From an archaeon (lineage in GTDB: Archaea > EX4484-52 > B79-G9): a DNA stretch of 24,037 nucleotides. The notes under the pieces were generated by a model. That model saw only the letters and a program-made list of their open reading frames with translations. It ran no database searches and had not been told where the DNA came from. Positions within the stretch are counted from its first letter, which is position 1. Each line of letters starts with the position of its first letter. The position numbers were made by a program, and so were the translations under genes. Of this stretch, positions 8,338 to 16,674 are shown piece after piece. The stretch is from positions 1-24,037 of the forward strand of contig JBDRKP010000063.1 of the NCBI GenBank assembly GCA_043813875.1, given 5' to 3'.

Positions 8338-9099
8338 TTATATTTTGCTTATCATTCTTCTTACGATGCTGTATTTTTTGTCAAGAATCCTGCTTTGTTT
8401 TCTGATCTCCAATATGTCTTTTTCGATCTCTTCTATCTTGTTTGCCATATCTGCCGGGTGTTCTTTGCTGATGGCTTTAGACAGTCTTTTAATGATTTCA
8501 ATATCTTTAAATAACCTGTCTTTTTGCGCTTCGTATGATTTTAAATTTTCTTCTGTCTCTTTTATCTGCTTCATCTTGTTCTTGATTATCTGGTTGATTG
8601 CCAGATGGTCTTTTTTGACATTCGATTCTTCGTCTTCGATTGTCTTCAGCATCTTTTTGAGTTGTTCCTCGCGCAGGTTGAGTTCATTTATCTTGTTTTC
8701 GAGGGTGAGTGATTCGCCGTATTCTTTTTTTATCACTTCCTCGAATTTCAATATGGATCTGTGCTCTTCGTCCATGATCTTTGATTCTTCTTTTACATTC
8801 TGTTCTATGCCGGATATCTCGCTTTCGACTTCGTCTCTTAGTCCTTCAACTTTCTTTTTTTTCTCTTTTACATTGCTTATCTTGTTGTTCAGTATCAGTT
8901 TGCCGTAGCGGTCGTAGTCTACGGATATGATGTTCTCCTTGCTCAATATCTCTGCCCATGTCTCGATGGTCTCAATGGGTAGTGATAGTTCTTTTGACAG
9001 GTCGCTTGCTGATATGGTTTTTCTTTCGGATACTATCTCGAGCAGCTGATCTATGCCTGTTTCGAGCATGGTCTCTTTCCATTCTGTCAAGTCTTTCAC
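8338..9099 (-). CDS. N-terminal winged-helix-like domain plus long coiled coil
   Basis: ETGIDQLLEIV...ISASDLSKELSLPIETIETWAEILSKENIISVDY has a wHTH pattern and is followed by a long E/K-rich heptad region; AAGGTGA SD. Confidence 0.8.
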   Translation of the reverse strand: MKDLTEWKETMLETGIDQLLEIVSERKTISASDLSKELSLPIETIETWAEILSKENIISVDYDRYGKLILNNKISNVKEKKKKVEGLRDEVESEISGIEQNVKEESKIMDEEHRSILKFEEVIKKEYGESLTLENKINELNLREEQLKKMLKTIEDEESNVKKDHLAINQIIKNKMKQIKETEENLKSYEAQKDRLFKDIEIIKRLSKAISKEHPADMANKIEEIEKDILEIRKQSRILDKKYSIVRRMISKI

Positions 9100-9161
9100 C
9101 TTATTGGATTGTTATGTCTCTAATGTACAATAATATAAAGTAGTTTTATAATAATATATCT

Positions 9162-9593
9162 ATGCAATGTTTTAAAAGATATGGGAGATATGCCCAGGCT
9201 GCGACTGAGTATCTTATTGTGATCGCGTTTTCGCTATTGCTTTTGACGCCGATTCTGCTGATGGGCGGCAATTCTGTTGTCGATCTCAAGCGGACTACTG
9301 ATGGGGTGGTCGCAAGGGATACGGTGGATAAGATTGCGGATATGGCGAGGATCGTGTATTCTCAGGGTGCGCCGGCGATGATGACGGAAAAGGTAAGGTT
9401 TCCCGATAATATCGATTCGACCTATGTCGGCGATAAGATGATTATCATGACGATGACCCATGGGTCTGTGACCAATGATATCTTCAGTATCATGGACTTC
9501 AATGTGACTGGTGCCCTGCCGATTCTTCAGGGCAGCTATAAGATCCGGGTGGAAGCAATAGAATATGGCGTGAACATCTCTGTCGTGCCGTAG
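9162..9593 (+). CDS. Archaeal type IV pilin (class III signal peptide)
   Basis: Basic leader RYA|QAATEYLIVIAFSLLLLTPIL (Q+1, E+5, hydrophobic helix) followed by a beta-rich head; adjacent to the Tad locus. Confidence 0.88.
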   Translation: MQCFKRYGRYAQAATEYLIVIAFSLLLLTPILLMGGNSVVDLKRTTDGVVARDTVDKIADMARIVYSQGAPAMMTEKVRFPDNIDSTYVGDKMIIMTMTHGSVTNDIFSIMDFNVTGALPILQGSYKIRVEAIEYGVNISVVP

Positions 9594-9665
9594 TGCGTTG
9601 TATGCCGTTTTCTTTTGATGGGAAGATATTTAATGATTCATATTAAAGGACTGGATGGACGCTTG

Positions 9666-9734
9666 TCTGATGATGAATAGGAGGTGAAATGATCCTTTTA
9701 GGAGATGATTCCACCTGCTTATCTGAGATCATCA
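9666..9734 (+). ncRNA. Candidate box C/D (double K-turn) small RNA
   Basis: C box ATGATGA 9670-9676, 12-nt spacer, D' ATGA 9689-9692, TCCT-TTT-AGGA hairpin, C'-like ATGATT 9705-9710, 12-nt spacer, D box CTGA 9723-9726. Intergenic, with a TATA-like ATATTTAAT upstream (9626-9634). Confidence 0.55.
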
Positions 9735-11792
9735 TTCTTTATATCCTGTGATTATGTTCTCTTTTTCCAGCCTGAATTTCAGGATGTTTTTTTTCACTTT
9801 CTTTCCCTTGTGCTCTATGCTCTTTATCCATCCCGGCAGGATCAGTTCGCAGGTGGTGCCTTTCGGGTCTTTCTTGAAGTCTATCCTGGCTTCGATGCCT
9901 CCTGTGGTCCTTTCGATCTTCAGGTCGAATGTGTGTGCGCCTGCTTTCTTCCCGGTCTTGTACATGTGACCCCAGGTGTCGGGTATCCTGGGCTCGATCC
10001 TGATGTGATTATCCTGCATGTCGGGTTTTATGCCGAAGAGATAATCGTCAATCGCATAGATAAAAAGCGATGAGGACCATGCCTGTTCTGTGGTGCCAAG
10101 CAGGCTGCCTGTTTCAGCGTCTATCACTTCGGATAGCGCCCCGGGCTGGAATCTTTCGGAGTCGTAAGCGAAGTCATCAAGGCAGTTGAGTCCGGTCTCT
10201 GTCATGCCGTATCTCAGGAAGGCTACTGCGCCCCAGCCTGTCGTCAGTCCCCAGCATGATCCTGTATGATAGCCGGAGGGGTTGTAGTTTTTGCTTGTCT
10301 TTGATCTTGTCCTGATGCCGTATATGCTCTTGAGCTCGGTTTTCGCCCTTTCCAGGACCAGATCTCCTTTCGCGTCCGGTGTCAGGCCGAAGAAGAGGGG
10401 GACCAGGCTGTTTGCGGTCACCTCGGGGTTCGGCAGGGTTGAGTATGTGTCGTAGTAGTTTTTCTTGTCGTTGTTCCAGAAGTTCTGGTTCAGTCTAGTG
10501 TTCATCTTCATCGACAGTTTCGGTTCAAGCGTCTTTAGCGCTTCTATCCACATCGCCTGGATTTCGACTGCGCTTCCCGGCCTTTCAATGGAGTCCATCC
10601 ATGTCTCGTCCGGCTTGTGGGTAACTATGTAGTCCATGAGTTCGAGATCCTTTAGTGATGTGTCTATGTTGCTTTTGAGCTCTTTTCTTAAGGACATATC
10701 GCCGCTTTTTTTCTCGTAGTCCATCAGTGTTATCAGGAATAGCGGGTCTATGTCGGCGCCGTGGAATTCTTTTGTCCCGTCGAGATGTATTATGCATGGC
10801 ATCTTTTTTTCCTGGTTTTTTGCCATTGTCCTGAATATCTCTTTTGCGGTCCCGAATTCACCCATGTCTATCAGGCCAAGAAGGCTCCAGAAGACGTCCC
10901 TACCCCAGAATTCAAGGAACCATGGATAGCCTGCGAATATGCTTAGGCCAAGTTCTGATCTGTTCAGGAGCCCGAGCAGGTTGTATTGGGTCCAGATGTA
11001 TGTCTTGTCCAGCCTGTCGTCGGGGGTGTTGATGTCGTGGTTGTGGTATATCTCTACTGATTTTTTCACTTTTGATGTCAGGATGCTGCTCCAGTTTTGA
11101 GCGCAGTAGTCGTATGCGTCTGTGAGCGCGTCTTTGCTTTTGGTGGTTGCGCAGTAGATGATGGGTATTTTTGTATCTTCTCCCGGGCCCAGATTGAGGC
11201 TGACGGAATAAACGGATGGGATGAAGCAGCGCTGCGGCGAGCCAGGGTTGTGGTTCTTGTAGTCTTTGATGAACCTGTTCTTTATTTCCAATGGAATCTC
11301 TGTCTTTCCGGCACCGAACATAGAGCATCCTATCTCTGAGGAGGTAAAGACGGAATTTCTCAGGTCGTTGTAGCCTGTCTCGTAGGTCCTGTCGTGGAGG
11401 TTTTCTTCTTTTGTCCTTATGTTGACTGCCGCTTCGATGGAAATGTCTATTTTTTGCTTATCTCTGGTCCTGTTCTTCAGGTGGAGGACTGAGATCACCG
11501 ATGGATATTCGTCTGGCGCAAAGACTGTCTCTGTGACGTCGAGGCCGTCCAGTGAAAAGTAATGTTTGGAGCCCCATGGCTTGATGGTGCATCTTGTTGA
11601 GTTGTTTCCAGAGAGCCATGTCCCGTTTATCTTATATGAATAATATTCGAATGCCTTGATGGGCGGGACCCATATGCCGCACCATTTGGTCTTGAAGCCG
11701 GTGTCTGTGAACCTGTTGATGAAAGAATAGAGGCCTGCGGTATTGTATTGCTTTTTTTCCAGCTCATTTTTTTCTATGTTCCAGCTTAGCAT
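9732..11792 (-). CDS. Glycogen debranching enzyme, amylo-alpha-1,6-glucosidase (GDE_C-type (alpha/alpha)6 barrel)
   Basis: AGYPWF..FWGRD, TWMDS, AVEIQA, YGIRT, YHTGSCW and QAWSS motifs; divergent from glycogen synthase. Confidence 0.9.
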   Translation of the reverse strand: MLSWNIEKNELEKKQYNTAGLYSFINRFTDTGFKTKWCGIWVPPIKAFEYYSYKINGTWLSGNNSTRCTIKPWGSKHYFSLDGLDVTETVFAPDEYPSVISVLHLKNRTRDKQKIDISIEAAVNIRTKEENLHDRTYETGYNDLRNSVFTSSEIGCSMFGAGKTEIPLEIKNRFIKDYKNHNPGSPQRCFIPSVYSVSLNLGPGEDTKIPIIYCATTKSKDALTDAYDYCAQNWSSILTSKVKKSVEIYHNHDINTPDDRLDKTYIWTQYNLLGLLNRSELGLSIFAGYPWFLEFWGRDVFWSLLGLIDMGEFGTAKEIFRTMAKNQEKKMPCIIHLDGTKEFHGADIDPLFLITLMDYEKKSGDMSLRKELKSNIDTSLKDLELMDYIVTHKPDETWMDSIERPGSAVEIQAMWIEALKTLEPKLSMKMNTRLNQNFWNNDKKNYYDTYSTLPNPEVTANSLVPLFFGLTPDAKGDLVLERAKTELKSIYGIRTRSKTSKNYNPSGYHTGSCWGLTTGWGAVAFLRYGMTETGLNCLDDFAYDSERFQPGALSEVIDAETGSLLGTTEQAWSSSLFIYAIDDYLFGIKPDMQDNHIRIEPRIPDTWGHMYKTGKKAGAHTFDLKIERTTGGIEARIDFKKDPKGTTCELILPGWIKSIEHKGKKVKKNILKFRLEKENIITGYKE

Positions 11793-12024
11793 GGTATCAC
11801 TTCTTCATATCTTTTCAATGTTCTTTTCTCTATACCGGGCTATATCCTGTCAATAATATTTGACTGATAAAACTATTTAAACGGAAACGTATATATATCT
11901 AACTAAAAGAATGGTTATATCTGAGTTATTGTCACTATATTGTCCTAAAAATGCTTGATTTGATGGAAGGACGATTCTTTAGTGATGAAAATTCTGTGCG
12001 ATAAGAAAAAAGGGTGTAAACACT

Positions 12025-13842
12025 ATGGATGATGTTGGGGCTGCTGGCGATTTTCTTTTTGAGGTGTCGTATGAGGTTGCAAATAAGGTAGGCGGTATCT
12101 ATGCTGTGATCCGTACGAAGTCAGAGCAGATGATGAAGTATTATGGCAATAACTATTATGTTATAGGATTCTATATTCCTGAACAGGCGAAGGTCGAATT
12201 CGAGGAAGAGGATCCGAAAGGGCTGAAGAAGACATTTCTTAAGCTTGAGAAGATGGGTATCAAGTGCCATTTCGGAAAGTGGGTCACTGCCGGGGGAAGG
12301 CCTAATTGCATATTGCTTGATATAAATGGTTATAAGCATCGGCTGAATGATATAAAGACCGAGCTATGGATGAAGTATAAGATCGATTCACTGCGCTCTG
12401 ATTCGTGGTTCGGGGATCCGGTGGTCTGGTCGTATGCAGTCGGCCTGCTTTTAGAGATGCTTGAGAAGGATATCGGGCTTAAGAATGCTGTCGCACAGTT
12501 CCATGAGTGGATGGCCGGTGTCGGACTGCTTTATCTCAAGTCGAAAGATTCCAAGATCGCGACGGTGTTCACTACGCATGCCACGATGCTTGGCAGGACG
12601 ATGGCAAGCTATACTGACAGTCTTGTCGATGAGATCGATGAAGGGCTGAAAAGCGGCAGGACTGTGGATCCGAAGAAGGCTTATGAGTATAGTGTCGAGG
12701 CGAAGCATCTTACTGGGGCTGCGTGCGCAAGGACATGCGATGTCTTTACGACGGTTTCGGAAACGACTGCAAGGGAGGCGGAATATATCCTGTCAAAGAA
12801 GCCTGATGTGGTGCTTCCGAACGGGCTTGACCTTGGAACTTATCCTTCCATGGAGGAGTGCGTATATCTGCATCGCAAGTATAAGGGCAAGATCATGGAG
12901 TTTCTTTCTGCTTATTTCAAGCCGTATTATGAGGTGAATCTCAATGATCCCCGTATCATGTATATCTCAGGGAGATATGAGATTCGCAACAAGGGCATAG
13001 ATATATTTGTGCGCAGCCTTTCGAAGCTGAATGATGAGCTCAAGGGAAAGAATTCTAATAAGGATGTGTTCGCTTTCATACTCATACCTGCAAATACGAG
13101 GAGCGAGAATCACGAGGTCCTTGAGAACCTCTCTTTGTTTTCCGGTATGAGGGAGTATGTCGATGACCTGTCTTTGGATATACGCTCGAATATGCTTGAT
13201 TCGCTTACGTCTGGCAAGACTGATATCAGGATATCTGATTATCTTACAGAGTACCAGAAGATCGAGGTGAAGAAGCTTGCTACATCTTTCAAGTCCCGGT
13301 CCGGCCGTTCGCCGCCTCTGTCTGCTTTTGACCTGTATGACCAGGGGGACCTGATCATCAAGATGCTTGTCGAGAACGGGCTTCTGAACCGCGAGGAGGA
13401 CAGGGTGAAGGTGATATTTTATCCCGCGTATCTTTCCAATTCGGACAGGATGCTTTCGTTGAGCTATAATTCGTTTACTATCGGATGCAGTCTTGGGGTG
13501 TTCCCGTCATCTTATGAGCCGTGGGGGTATACGCCGCTCGAGACTATAGCAAACGGGGCGCTGACTGTGACGACGGATCTTGCAGGGTACGGAAAGTTCA
13601 TGGAGAAGCATGTGAAGGGCCAGAAGGATAGCGGCATATACATATTGAAGAGAAGCGAAAAGAAGGATAATGAGGTTGTCGATGACCTGAAGAATATACT
13701 CCTTGAGGTTGTGAGGCTGGACAAGAGCGAGATAATATCCCGGAAGCATAATGCGAAGAAGCTGTCGCTTGTCGCTGACTGGAAGAATCTTGCGGGAAAT
13801 TATATTGTTGCGCATAACATGGCGCTCAAGAAGGTCAGGTGA
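12025..13842 (+). CDS. Glycogen synthase, GT3 family
   Basis: FEVSYEVANKVGGIY, FHEWMAG, FTTHATMLGR, SGRYEIRNKGID, RVKVIFYPAYL, and an intact catalytic FPSSYEPWGYTPLE (EX7E). Confidence 0.95.
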   Translation: MDDVGAAGDFLFEVSYEVANKVGGIYAVIRTKSEQMMKYYGNNYYVIGFYIPEQAKVEFEEEDPKGLKKTFLKLEKMGIKCHFGKWVTAGGRPNCILLDINGYKHRLNDIKTELWMKYKIDSLRSDSWFGDPVVWSYAVGLLLEMLEKDIGLKNAVAQFHEWMAGVGLLYLKSKDSKIATVFTTHATMLGRTMASYTDSLVDEIDEGLKSGRTVDPKKAYEYSVEAKHLTGAACARTCDVFTTVSETTAREAEYILSKKPDVVLPNGLDLGTYPSMEECVYLHRKYKGKIMEFLSAYFKPYYEVNLNDPRIMYISGRYEIRNKGIDIFVRSLSKLNDELKGKNSNKDVFAFILIPANTRSENHEVLENLSLFSGMREYVDDLSLDIRSNMLDSLTSGKTDIRISDYLTEYQKIEVKKLATSFKSRSGRSPPLSAFDLYDQGDLIIKMLVENGLLNREEDRVKVIFYPAYLSNSDRMLSLSYNSFTIGCSLGVFPSSYEPWGYTPLETIANGALTVTTDLAGYGKFMEKHVKGQKDSGIYILKRSEKKDNEVVDDLKNILLEVVRLDKSEIISRKHNAKKLSLVADWKNLAGNYIVAHNMALKKVR

Positions 13843-14009
13843 ATGCCTGACACTGGTTGATTTTCATGTGGCTTTCGAGGGGCACGTCAACATATGTTTG
13901 CATGATGAGTGGATATTATTGATTTATAACAGCGTTATATAATTTATGTTATTTTGTTACGGTTTTATAAACTATGAAATATAATATTTTATTTTGAATT
14001 GTGGGTTTT

Positions 14010-14762
14010 ATGGTAAATGGGTTGAATCAGGCGAATCAGAAGATCATCGAGAAGATATTGAAGCAGCTGCGGATGAGCCCTGCTGATGTGTCTTATGAAA
14101 AGAAGCCGAAGAATGTTGTTCTTATCACTGCCGAGTACCTGCCACGGGATATCACCCAGATTTCGCTCCAGTGCAAGAGTCTTGCTGAAGGCCTTGTCCA
14201 GAAGGGCATCAATACTCACGTGGTGTCTTTTGATCCATGGAAGGATGGGCAGACGGCAAATATCGGCGGGGCGGAAGTGCATTATGTCGGGAATTCGATT
14301 AAGTCGTATTCGCCTCTTACATGGGCTATCACTTTGAGCATGGAGATAGGACGGGTTGTCGCTGACATATATCATGCCGAGGGGAATATCGATCTTATCC
14401 ATACGCATGAGTGGCTGATGTTTCCGACGGGGATCACGCTTCAGCATGCGCTCAGGAAGCCGCTTATCACGAGCTATTATACGCTGCAGGAGCAGAGGAC
14501 TCCGGGGGTTGTCAATGGGTTCACGGAGGCTGTGAAGCAGATTGAGTGGAGGGCCAGCCAGGATGCGAACAGCATACATGTCAATGAAGACTGGATGAAG
14601 AATGCTCTCGTGCAGTTCTATTCTCCGAAGGAGTCGAAAGTGAATGTCTTCAGCCCGCAGACGCCGACGTGGGCGAAGGATATTGTGAGGGATTATTCGT
14701 GGGTGCTCAAGAACTGGGACGGGCTTGAGTGCAGCCTTAAGAAAGAGGAAATGGCCAAATAA
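14010..14762 (+). CDS. GT4 N-terminal-domain-only protein (probable pseudo-glycosyltransferase)
   Basis: Aligns with the N-terminal half of the next gene (ITAEYLP, IHTHEWL, KPLITS) but lacks the donor-binding domain and EX7E. Alternative GTG start at 14001. Confidence 0.8.
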   Translation: MVNGLNQANQKIIEKILKQLRMSPADVSYEKKPKNVVLITAEYLPRDITQISLQCKSLAEGLVQKGINTHVVSFDPWKDGQTANIGGAEVHYVGNSIKSYSPLTWAITLSMEIGRVVADIYHAEGNIDLIHTHEWLMFPTGITLQHALRKPLITSYYTLQEQRTPGVVNGFTEAVKQIEWRASQDANSIHVNEDWMKNALVQFYSPKESKVNVFSPQTPTWAKDIVRDYSWVLKNWDGLECSLKKEEMAK

Positions 14763-14781
14763 GATAATAAGGGTTTATGCT

Positions 14782-15996
14782 ATGAGAGTGCTTCATCTGA
14801 CATCTGAATATCCGCCGCATAAGGTCGGCGGGCTTGGGACGCATGTAGAGGAGCTGACGAGGGCGCAGGTGAAGGCAGGGATCGAGCCGATTGTTGTTGT
14901 CTGCGCTTTTTCGGGTAACCAGGGTTATGAAAATGTTGGCGGCGTGCATGTGTTCCGTTTCGATGCTGATAATATCCCGGCAGAGGATTTCCCTTCATGG
15001 GCGCTGCAGATGAATGTCCTTATGCAGAACAAGGCGAGCGAGGTCATCGAGGAGTTCAAGGATATCTCCCTGATACATGCGCATGACTGGCTTGTGGCGA
15101 CGGCGGCTGTCGGGATCAAGCATATATTCAGGATACCTTTGATTTCTACTGTCCATTCGCTTGAGAAAGGGCGGCGGGGCGGGATATATGAGGACCGCCA
15201 AGAGCTGATACATGATATCGAGCGCAAGATGGTGTATGAGTCGTGGAGGGTCATCACATGTTCTCATTTTATGAAGCAGTGTGTGTGCTCGTCGTTTTCT
15301 ACGCCCTGGGATAAGATTGACGTGATACCGAACGGGGTTGATATGTCCAGGTATGATTTTGATTATGCGCGTTACCAGGAAGTCAAGGGCAGGTTTGCTC
15401 TTCCTCATGAGAAGATTGTCTTTTTTGTGGGGAGGCATGTGTGGGAGAAGGGGCTTGATGTGCTTATCGGGGCTGCACGGTCGGTCATCGCCGAGGTGCC
15501 TGATGTCAAGTTTGTCGTCACGGGCGAAGGATATATGACTGATAAGTGCAAGGATATGGCGCATCAGATGGGTCTTGGCGATAAGGTCATGTTTACTGGA
15601 TATACTGATGAGGAAACGCTGAATGCGCTGTTCCATGTGTCGGATGTCATTGCTGTGCCTTCGAGGTACGAGCCGTTCGGGATTGTGGCGCTTGAGGGCA
15701 TGGCGTCAAGGACACCTGTTGTGGCTGCTGATACGGGTGGGCTTTCTGAGATCATACAGCATGACATCAACGGCCTGAAAGTGTGGGCGGGCCATTCGGA
15801 GTCTCTTGCTGTCGGGATCAAGCGGATACTCAAGGATCCCAAGCTGAAGGAGAGTATTGTCAGCAATGCATATGACACTGTGAAGAATGCGTATAGCTGG
15901 GGGGCTATCGCGAATATGACGAAGGCCACGTATGAGCGGATTGCCGGGGAGTACCAGAAGGCCAGCTGGAAGCCGAGTCCTGCGCTGATTAACTAG
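14782..15996 (+). CDS. Glycosyltransferase family 4 (alpha-glucan-cluster type)
   Basis: MRVLHLTSEYPPHKVGGLG, IHAHDWL, VIPNGVD, FVGR..EKG, PSRYEPFGIVALEGMA; start placed at ATG 14782 after the upstream stop. Confidence 0.93.
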   Translation: MRVLHLTSEYPPHKVGGLGTHVEELTRAQVKAGIEPIVVVCAFSGNQGYENVGGVHVFRFDADNIPAEDFPSWALQMNVLMQNKASEVIEEFKDISLIHAHDWLVATAAVGIKHIFRIPLISTVHSLEKGRRGGIYEDRQELIHDIERKMVYESWRVITCSHFMKQCVCSSFSTPWDKIDVIPNGVDMSRYDFDYARYQEVKGRFALPHEKIVFFVGRHVWEKGLDVLIGAARSVIAEVPDVKFVVTGEGYMTDKCKDMAHQMGLGDKVMFTGYTDEETLNALFHVSDVIAVPSRYEPFGIVALEGMASRTPVVAADTGGLSEIIQHDINGLKVWAGHSESLAVGIKRILKDPKLKESIVSNAYDTVKNAYSWGAIANMTKATYERIAGEYQKASWKPSPALIN

Positions 15997-16026
15997 ACGA
16001 TTTCTTATCAAAGCGGAGTTAGGGTT

Positions 16027-16255
16027 TTATGCCAGGTCATTAAACTCATTTACTGATATCTCTGATTGTTTCAATATCTTTCTCAATAGCCCTCGGCCAA
16101 CAGTCTGATGGAGCGGAACAGTAATAGGCGCCTTCGAGTTATCACTTCTATGTATCATCCGGACATGACTCCCTTTCTGTCGCACAATCTCATATCCTAA
16201 CTTTTCAAAGCGCATTATGATCTCCCTTACCGGAAAGAACCGGAAGCTTGTTCAT
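16027..16255 (-). pseudogene. hicA: HicA mRNA interferase toxin with a 1-nt insertion frameshift after codon 10
   Basis: ATG 16255 gives MNKLPVLSGK; an extra G in AAG-G-GAG (16224-16226) then shifts to a stop at 16205-16207. The shifted frame continues EIIMRFEKLGYEIVRQKGSHVRM...ITVPLH...GLLRKILK (HicA GSH motif). Confidence 0.85.
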
Positions 16256-16260
16256 GACAG

Positions 16261-16515
16261 TCACACGTTAACCGCTACTGTATGAAATCCGAAGTCTTGC
16301 GCCTTTTGCATGTGAGACCGAATTTCGTCCCTTTTTTCTTCAACACAAATCTCTATGACTTCTTCTATGTTTTTCAGAGCTTCATCATGAGTTTTTCCCT
16401 GGGTAAAGCAGCCTTCAAGAACAGGACATTCAGCAATGAAAAAACCGTCTTCATCTTTTTCTACAAATACCGGGAACTGCATTCTCTCTTTTGTTGCCAT
16501 TGAATCACCATACAT
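16261..16515 (-). CDS. hicB: HicB-like antitoxin (short form), upstream of hicA
   Basis: FPVFVEKDEDGFFIAECPVLEGCFTQGKTHDEALKNIEEVI is the HicB N-terminal signature; no C-terminal DNA-binding domain. Confidence 0.92.
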   Translation of the reverse strand: MYGDSMATKERMQFPVFVEKDEDGFFIAECPVLEGCFTQGKTHDEALKNIEEVIEICVEEKRDEIRSHMQKAQDFGFHTVAVNV

Positions 16516-16574
16516 ATTATATCTCTGCTAAATTATTTAAAAACTGTTTTTATCAATAATGGCGCCTTATTTCA

Positions 16575-16664
16575 TCAAACATATTTTTCTGAATTCCATT
16601 CTGGTCCTTTTTTCTTTTTCTTTGCGTGATTTTCGAGGAATCCTTCGGTCTCGTCGGGGGACAT
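16575..16664 (-). other. Orphan 29-codon diverged copy of the C-terminus of the upstream TIM-barrel gene (small ORF or relic)
   Basis: MSPDETEGFLENHAKKKKKGPEWNSEKYV* aligns without gaps to ANPEEDHGLMSTEAVKKSKLTEWLAGRYR* (10/29 identical, same stop position). Confidence 0.7.
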
Positions 16665-16674
16665 ATCAAGTCAT

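Noticed and set aside
7183..8908. Long Phe/Ser/Leu-rich plus-strand ORFs that look like membrane proteins
   Set aside because: Antisense read-outs of Lys/Glu-rich minus-strand genes.
3802..9593. Archaellum operon
   Set aside because: No arlH/F/G or archaellin; two separate platform genes and a generic pilin indicate a Tad-like pilus.
13925..13939. Palindrome TATAAC-agc-GTTATA (and GTCAA-n6-TTGAC at 11849-11864) as glycogen-cluster operators
   Set aside because: Short, AT-rich, unrelated to each other and not repeated; no support without comparative data.
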